A stretch of 48,846 nucleotides of DNA, from positions 1 to 48,846 of the forward strand of contig WJIR01000223.1 of assembly GCA_014730175.1 (NCBI GenBank), in the 5' to 3' direction. Of the stretch, positions 43,252 through 48,846 are shown one piece after another. The translations under genes were made by a program, and so were the position numbers. This DNA comes from Candidatus Zixiibacteriota bacterium (GTDB taxonomy: Bacteria > Zixibacteria > MSB-5A5 > UM-FILTER-46-8). The notes under the pieces are model-generated. The model was not told where the DNA came from. It saw only the letters and a program-made list of their open reading frames with translations, and searched no databases. Position 1 is the stretch's first letter. Each line of letters begins with the position of its first letter.

Positions 43252-44019
43252 ATGAATAATAATCGATTTGAATACTATAATGTCCACTCCATCGGCAAAC
43301 TGATAAGGAATATCGCCCACTCCTACAACAACTTAATAACCGGAATTATCGGATATTCCGATCTGCTGGAGGATAACGACGAATCCGGCATTGCAAAGTC
43401 CGTAATGAAGGCGGCTGAGAAAGCTCAGAGTTTGACCACCGAATTATCCTGTTTGGGCAGGAAATTGACCGATTGTCCCCACCGCGCCAATCTGAATGAA
43501 AGCCTTAAGAACAGAGAGGATTTTTTCAAAAAAATAGTAGGGGAATCATTGACTGTTAATTTCGTTTTGAAGGAAGGTCAAGAGATATCTATTAACTGCG
43601 ACCAGGAGCTTTTCTACGACGTCTTATTTCGTTTCCTGTTATCAATCAAGGATATATGCAAATCCGGGTGCGAGGTTCGTATCAGTACTGACAAATCCCA
43701 AACGCAAAAGACTGAAGGAGAACTGGCTATCGCGCTACCCGAATCCGAATATGGCGTGATCTCATTTATCGGCCAAAGCGATTTATCGGAAGACGAGCTT
43801 AAGAAAAAATGCGCCATAAGATGTGATCTTCTTTCGGGTGAGAGTATCAATGACCTTAGTTTCCGCTCAACTCTGGGATTGCTGAAATATCTCAATGCCT
43901 GTTACGATTACACACTTAGAGATAAAAACGAAATTCTACTCGTGCTTTACTTTCCCCTGTTTCCCGTTGAAAAAGAGATTAAGCCAGACCCTATTGAGCC
44001 GGTAGCATCAAACGAATGA
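43252..44019 (+). CDS. Degenerate histidine-kinase-like protein (HisKA H-box kept, ATPase motifs eroded)
   Basis: IGKLIRNIAHSYNNLITGIIGYSDLL resembles the AHDFNNLLT.I.GY H-box; no recognisable N, G1, F or G2 boxes. Confidence 0.6.
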   Translation: MNNNRFEYYNVHSIGKLIRNIAHSYNNLITGIIGYSDLLEDNDESGIAKSVMKAAEKAQSLTTELSCLGRKLTDCPHRANLNESLKNREDFFKKIVGESLTVNFVLKEGQEISINCDQELFYDVLFRFLLSIKDICKSGCEVRISTDKSQTQKTEGELAIALPESEYGVISFIGQSDLSEDELKKKCAIRCDLLSGESINDLSFRSTLGLLKYLNACYDYTLRDKNEILLVLYFPLFPVEKEIKPDPIEPVASNE

Positions 44020-44042
44020 TTGCGCCTATGCGAGGACGGTGC

Positions 44043-44246
44043 GTAGGGTGGGTCGATGCAATTATCATAGCAGTTCCGAAGTTCGTTCCTGATAAGTATC
44101 ATTCGCGCTGAGGTATATATAGTTTAACCCACCATTTCAATTGATACAAAGAAGGTGGGTCAAATAGTGCGCGCAGCAGATGCATGACCAAGGATGTATT
44201 TGAAATCACCATTGCAGATCTCTCCAATTAAGGCGACCCACCCTAC
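44043..44246. repeat. GTAG-type REPIN/MITE with 13-bp terminal inverted repeats
   Basis: GTAGGGTGGGTCG (44043-44055) ... CGACCCACCCTAC (44234-44246), with internal ACCCACC and GGTGGGT half-sites. Confidence 0.75.
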
Positions 44247-44295
44247 CGGACACACCTTGCAAGGGCCTCGGGTGGAGACACCCGACCTCACGTTT

Positions 44296-44505
44296 ATGCT
44301 GAAGGATACCAAACATGCTTATCTCCTCGCCTGCGGCTTCGAGCCAGGCATGCCTCCCTTGTGGAAACAGAAACACACCCCGTCTTCGCCTCGCGTTCCG
44401 CGGGATGAAGCAAACCCTCCCAGAGGGGAATTTATGTTGGCGGCTTCGGCTGCGGATATATCATGTAAGTCAGGAATAAACCAGAGGTTTACAAGTTCCG
44501 ACCTC
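44296..44505 (+). repeat. Family B repeat, copy 2
   Basis: ATGCTGAAGGATACCAAACATGCTTATCTC..GCCTGCGGCTTCGAGC..AAACACACCCCGTCTT..AGAGGGGAAT..CAGGAATAAACCAGAGGTTTACAAGTTCCGACCTC aligns with 19137-19319. Confidence 0.85.
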
Positions 44506-44614
44506 GTCGTCTCATGAATTGACTTGTCTATTTAATCTGACCATATTAAATTTTAATAATTTGGCGGATATTGGGAATTCCGATTTGATTTTTGCGTATA
44601 AGATTGTTGGAAAT

Positions 44615-46609
44615 ATGAGTTCTTTTAAATTAAATAGCATTTATACTCCAAAAGGTGATCAGCCACAGGCGATACAGGAACTAAGCGATGGTTTAAAAAG
44701 GGGTGATAAGTTCCAGACACTTCTGGGAGTTACCGGTTCGGGTAAAACTTTCACCATGGCGAATGTAATCGCTAATTATGGAAAGCCGACCCTGGTTATA
44801 TCCCACAACAAGACGCTGGCAGCGCAGCTTTTCGGGGAATTAAAAGCTTATTTCCCGGACAATGCTGTGGAATTTTTCATCAGTTATTACGATTATTACC
44901 AGCCGGAAGCTTATGTTCCTACCACTGACGTCTATATTGAAAAGGATACTTCGATCAACGAAGATATTGATAGGTTAAGACTGCGTGCAACTTCATCCCT
45001 GCTGGAGCGAGAGGATGTTATCATCGTCGCTTCGGTTTCCTGTATCTACGGATTGGGTTCACCGGAGGACTGGCAGGAGATGATGGTTTTCGTTGAAGTC
45101 GGGCAGGAGATGGAGCGGAATAAGTTCCTTCGGCAATTGGTGGATATTCATTATGCCAGGAACGATATCGAATTCGGGCGCGGTACTTTTCGAGTGCGGG
45201 GCGATGTGGTCGAGATACATCCGGCTTACGAGGAAGACGCAATCAGAATAGAGTTTTTCGGCGATGAAATTGATAAAATATCGACCGTTAATATCCTAAC
45301 CGGGGAAATCACCGCGGAGAAGCAAAAGGTTGGTATTTTCCCCGCCAAACATTTTGTTACCACCCGTCCGAAGCTGGAAAGGGCGATTAATCAAATTCAG
45401 GCGGAATTGGATGAGAGGCTGGAGTATTTCCGAAGCGAAAACAAGCTGCTGGAAGCCCAGCGCCTTGCTATGCGAACCAAATATGATATCGAGATGATGC
45501 TGGAGATTGGCTATTGCAGCGGCATCGAGAATTACAGCCGGCACCTCTCCGGAAGAAAAAAGGGGGAGCGCCCATATACACTGATAGATTTCTTTCCGGA
45601 TGAGTTCCTGACAATAATCGATGAATCTCATCAGACCGTTCCTCAGATCAGGGGAATGTTCAACGGGGATCGTTCAAGAAAGGAAACGCTGGTTGAATAT
45701 GGATTCCGTCTACCATCGGCGCTGGATAACAGACCTCTTTACTTTGAGGAATTCGAATCGCTTCAGAACCAGGTTATCTTCGTATCCGCCACGCCCGGGG
45801 ATTTTGAAATAAAAAGATCGGACGGGGTGATTGTGGAGCAAATTATCCGCCCTACCGGACTGCTCGATCCTGCTATTGTTATCAAACCGGCGAGTAATCA
45901 GGTTGATGACCTGGTTGAGCAGATTAAAACACGAGTGACGAACAAAGAGAGAGTCCTGGTTACTACGTTGACCAAACGGATGGCTGAGGATTTGAGCGAC
46001 TACCTTGCCAAGCTGAATGTGCGCGTTAAATATCTTCATTCGGAGATAGATGCTATCGACCGGGTGGAGATTCTGCGGGATCTAAGGTTAGCGGAATTCG
46101 ATGTGCTTGTGGGGATCAACCTCCTTAGAGAGGGATTGGATTTACCCGAAGTATCCCTGGTTGCTATCCTCGATGCAGATAAGGAAGGATTCCTGCGTTC
46201 GGAAAGGTCGCTGATACAGACGGCGGGAAGGGCGGCGAGAAACCGTGCCGGCGAGGTGATCCTTTACGCGGATAGGGTAACAGATTCAATTCGCAAAACA
46301 GTTGAAGAAACCGAACGCCGACGGAAATTGCAGGAGGAATTCAATACCGAGCACGGAATCGAGCCGCAGACTATCTTTAAATCCAGACAGGAGATATTGC
46401 AATCTACCACATTTGCGGATTCAAAAACGGTGCGCGAGAAGGAATGGGTCAATTTAAGAGAATATGAAACCTACGCTCCAAGCGAACGTGTTATTATAAT
46501 AAAGGAAGAGATGGAGAAAGCTGCCGACAACCTTGAGTTTGAAAAAGCAGCAGCGTTGCGGGATGAATTGATGAGGTTAAGAGAAGAATTGAGGGAGAAA
46601 ATGAAATGA
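44615..46609 (+). CDS. uvrB: Excinuclease ABC subunit B
   Basis: [52 protein letters not shown] and a C-terminal UVR domain; start moved to ATG 44615. Confidence 0.98.
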   Translation: MSSFKLNSIYTPKGDQPQAIQELSDGLKRGDKFQTLLGVTGSGKTFTMANVIANYGKPTLVISHNKTLAAQLFGELKAYFPDNAVEFFISYYDYYQPEAYVPTTDVYIEKDTSINEDIDRLRLRATSSLLEREDVIIVASVSCIYGLGSPEDWQEMMVFVEVGQEMERNKFLRQLVDIHYARNDIEFGRGTFRVRGDVVEIHPAYEEDAIRIEFFGDEIDKISTVNILTGEITAEKQKVGIFPAKHFVTTRPKLERAINQIQAELDERLEYFRSENKLLEAQRLAMRTKYDIEMMLEIGYCSGIENYSRHLSGRKKGERPYTLIDFFPDEFLTIIDESHQTVPQIRGMFNGDRSRKETLVEYGFRLPSALDNRPLYFEEFESLQNQVIFVSATPGDFEIKRSDGVIVEQIIRPTGLLDPAIVIKPASNQVDDLVEQIKTRVTNKERVLVTTLTKRMAEDLSDYLAKLNVRVKYLHSEIDAIDRVEILRDLRLAEFDVLVGINLLREGLDLPEVSLVAILDADKEGFLRSERSLIQTAGRAARNRAGEVILYADRVTDSIRKTVEETERRRKLQEEFNTEHGIEPQTIFKSRQEILQSTTFADSKTVREKEWVNLREYETYAPSERVIIIKEEMEKAADNLEFEKAAALRDELMRLREELREKMK

Positions 46610-47472
46610 AGAAGTTGATTGCATTGTTTTTAATGTCTGCCGCTATCTATGTAGCATGCGGTGATAGTCCAACGTACGAACCATACGATGATGAAGAAGC
46701 TTTGATTGATATCGTAACCAAGGATTATCCCACGCTTTTTGAGACTAATCTCATCAACACCGGCATCCCTGATACCACTGAGCTTGCCAGACTGGATGAC
46801 CTCCGTATTCTTCATTATTGGAGAGATGTAACCGGCAATAATCCACATTATGACATAAACGCCAATTACCCGGAATCCCTCGGAACAACACCATACGCGA
46901 TAGTGACCGTAACCGACAGCATTGAAATGGATATCCATGTCATAGCGGAGGACACAACTGCTGATTCCCTGGTGCGTATTACTAAACCGGTATACGAGAA
47001 AATCCAGGTTAAGGGAAGGATGGAGCAATGGGGAACTCAGTATGACTCACGCAACGGCTGGATAATGCAGGATATTTCCAATGCTAAGGGATCGTCCGGC
47101 TCGGCGTATAATGCAATTTCAAGTGTAAACCTCTACTCCCTGTCCACCGGTGATATCACTATCTATGAAAGCCAGATGACCTCCTTAACTCCGATAACAT
47201 CAATAATAAACACCACTAAAAATCAGGAGGTAACGATAACGGTTCAGGGCGTCAGTTTCAATGATACAATCAGTTTTCATGTGGGTAGGGATGAATATGA
47301 AGTGTTTATCCCGGAGTATATCGGGGACAACACCTACCAGGGAGTAATCACCACCCCGGATTATTCCGGATATTTTCATATAACAGTTGATGTAATACGG
47401 AAGAATACGCTTGCTATTGAGTCGACCCATCAATTTTGCAGATGGTCGATATTATTGTTTATACCGAGTTAA
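46606..47472 (+). CDS. Hypothetical lipoprotein
   Basis: MKK signal peptide with lipobox-like YVAC; 4-bp ATGA overlap with uvrB. Confidence 0.75.
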   Translation: MKKLIALFLMSAAIYVACGDSPTYEPYDDEEALIDIVTKDYPTLFETNLINTGIPDTTELARLDDLRILHYWRDVTGNNPHYDINANYPESLGTTPYAIVTVTDSIEMDIHVIAEDTTADSLVRITKPVYEKIQVKGRMEQWGTQYDSRNGWIMQDISNAKGSSGSAYNAISSVNLYSLSTGDITIYESQMTSLTPITSIINTTKNQEVTITVQGVSFNDTISFHVGRDEYEVFIPEYIGDNTYQGVITTPDYSGYFHITVDVIRKNTLAIESTHQFCRWSILLFIPS

Positions 47473-47537
47473 TTCCGTATTATCGGAAGCCGGCTTATAA
47501 TCCATTGACAAGGCTAAATATTTTGGAACAATAGCTG

Positions 47538-47737
47538 TGGACTGCGTGTATAAATATTGAACCGGCGATGATATACCCGCCATCGTTGGTTTAAAGGCGA
47601 ACACGGGAAACCCCCGTAGGTTCGGGTCCAGAGAATCGCCGCGTAAAGCGGCGGTTCTTAAAAACACTAAACTAATTGCCTTTTTCATTTTTGCCTCCTA
47701 CTGAAAGGACCGGATATTTTCCGGTCCTTCTTTTTTT
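47538..47737 (+). ncRNA. Candidate ~200-nt structured small RNA of unknown family
   Basis: TTGACA(47505)-16bp-AACAAT promoter; stems TGGAC/GTCCA, CGTGT/ACACG, 47557-47570/47581-47594 (three G-U pairs that work only on the + strand) and 47633-47657; ends in a terminator. Confidence 0.55.
47705..47737 (+). terminator. Rho-independent terminator
   Basis: AAGGACCGGA-tattt-TCCGGTCCTT-C-T7. Confidence 0.88.
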
Positions 47738-48002
47738 ATGCAATACATGGCAGTACGATTTCTTCGTAGCCGAAGGTTTGCCCTTCGTTGGTGTAATAGG
47801 AATGTAGGTCAGCAGATTGCTGCGGATATTATATTCCCCTCCGGAGGAGGCAATTTCATCCCGCATTCTGTGCGATGAAATTAGGCTGCGTAAAATCATC
47901 ACTCTCAAAATCCCCATCGAAAAAAAATTAAAAAATTTGTTAGATATCGGGGCTGAATGTCACTCAATAATAAAGACCGAAACCAAAAAGGAGTTTCCCA
48001 AA

Positions 48003-48095
48003 ATGGAGATTAAAGTAATCTTGTTAATAATTCTTGGATTGCAGATACCGGTTGGTTGTATGATAGGCGCTGCCATGAGGTACAGGGGGCAGTAG
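48003..48095 (+). CDS. 30-aa hydrophobic small protein (MEIKVILLIILGLQIPVGCMIGAAMRYRGQ)
   Basis: AAGGAG RBS upstream of ATG 48003, one TM helix, basic C-terminus and tandem TAG TAG stops. Confidence 0.5.
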   Translation: MEIKVILLIILGLQIPVGCMIGAAMRYRGQ

Positions 48096-48097
48096 TA

Positions 48098-48350
48098 GGA
48101 AGGGGGGTGCGTTCAGTAATATGTTCGCCTGCCTGTTTGCGATAATCTCGGGGGCGAGTATGTTAATGAAAAACAGTCGCTGTCGGGTACGAGCTGTCCG
48201 ACAGCGAGGATTTAGGCTGGCGGTTTTTCCGCCTTCGGCGGGCTTGTCCCTGACCTGGGTCCAAGGGCAGGCTGGGGACTCGCCCCCGTTATTGATTCCG
48301 AAGTCGAAAGGAGGTGACGACGGTACGAACATAGGTTAATCCTCTCTTTT
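48098..48350 (+). ncRNA. Candidate ~250-nt highly structured RNA or 3' UTR
   Basis: Nested long-range pairings GGAAGGGGGG/CCTCTCTTTT (G-U, + strand), TATGTTCG/CGAACATA and CGGGGGCGAGT/ACTCGCCCCCG, plus internal hairpins. Confidence 0.45.
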
Positions 48351-48444
48351 GCGGACCTATACAACAAAGGAAATTAACAATACGAGGCAGTCCTACAATC
48401 AATGGGAGAAACTTACATAACAATAAACATAAATTATAATACTA

Positions 48445-48624
48445 ATGACCATCGTCGCTTTGATGGCGCTCGTCATCTCGGTAATTTGCTTTGCTGAGGA
48501 GATTAAATAGCCGCAACATTTTATAGTAACCAACTTCGTACCTACAAGACCCGCAGTTGCTGATTTAGATGGAGATAGTGATAATGATATCCTGTATGCC
48601 GACTGGGAGCATGATACACGATGA
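48445..48624 (+). pseudogene. Remnant of a secreted FG-GAP/VCBS-repeat protein
   Basis: One frame reads MTIVALMALVISVICFAEEIK*PQHFIVTNF...AVADLDGDSDNDIL..*: a signal-like start, an in-frame TAG at 48508 and a DxDGDxDxDI repeat. Confidence 0.6.
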
Positions 48625-48712
48625 TTGTTCGCGCTGGAGGATCGTTTTTTATACCGGATCAATGGACAAGCTCAAAGCGCTTATCTGTTGATCACCAATA
48701 GGTTATAAAATA

Positions 48713-48786
48713 AGCGGGAGACGGGATTCGAACCCGCGACCAACAGCTTGGAAGGCTGTGACTCTAGCCAGCTGAGTTACTCCCGC
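48713..48786 (-). tRNA. tRNA-Gly (anticodon TCC), CCA not encoded
   Basis: Reverse complement GCGGGAGTAACTCAGCTGGCTAGAGTCACAGCCTTCCAAGCTGTTGGTCGCGGGTTCGAATCCCGTCTCCCGCT; U73 discriminator. Confidence 0.97.
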
Positions 48787-48846
48787 GAACATTCTACAAT
48801 AATAATCCTTTTTTTAAACAGGTCAAGAGAATTTCTTATCAAAATA

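Noticed and set aside
44194-44517. 107-aa ORF upstream of uvrB
   Set aside because: It coincides with the family B repeat, and its similarity to ORF 18999-19292 is explained by the DNA repeat.
48024-48332. 102-aa minus-strand ORF over the folded region
   Set aside because: It has a weak GAGAGG RBS but no recognisable protein features, and G-U pairing favours a + strand RNA. It is not fully excluded.
47538-48350. Naming either structured RNA as 6S, SRP, T-box or c-di-AMP riboswitch
   Set aside because: There is no SRP GGAA-loop motif and no T-box sequence, and the resemblance to ydaO or 6S is only fragmentary. Both are left unnamed pending a covariance-model search.
48508-48510. In-frame TAG as stop-codon recoding (pyrrolysine or reassigned code)
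   Set aside because: metK, ahcY and asnA end normally at TAG, and the frame stops again at TGA 38 codons later, so pseudogenisation is simpler.

Overview
A 48.8-kb bacterial chromosomal window. It probably comes from an anaerobic FCB-group organism, Zixibacteria-like; this is inferred from five large secreted proteins ending in a 'YPNPFN...K(R/K)(M/V)xx(L/M)K' sorting tail and from a DUF3078 outer-membrane protein. Housekeeping content includes metK-ahcY, tRNA-Ser(GGA), groES-groEL with a perfect CIRCE box, glmM, corA, an MscS-family channel, uvrB and tRNA-Gly(TCC). Less ordinary content: (1) an apparently intact archaeal-type gatD-gatE Glu-tRNA(Gln) amidotransferase pair directly behind asnA; (2) a mevalonate operon with an HMG-CoA reductase-mevalonate kinase fusion and no HMG-CoA synthase; (3) five secreted proteins, two of them zinc metalloproteases, sharing an unnamed ~110-aa domain just before the sorting tail; (4) several REP/REPIN-like palindromic repeat families whose hairpin loops carry small nested inserts; (5) near the right end, two candidate structured RNAs (one with an anti-RBS tract, one with a Shine-Dalgarno sequence in a loop) flanking a 30-aa hydrophobic ORF. 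No transposase, integrase, phage gene or CRISPR array was seen. All calls come from reading motifs by eye; no searches were run.
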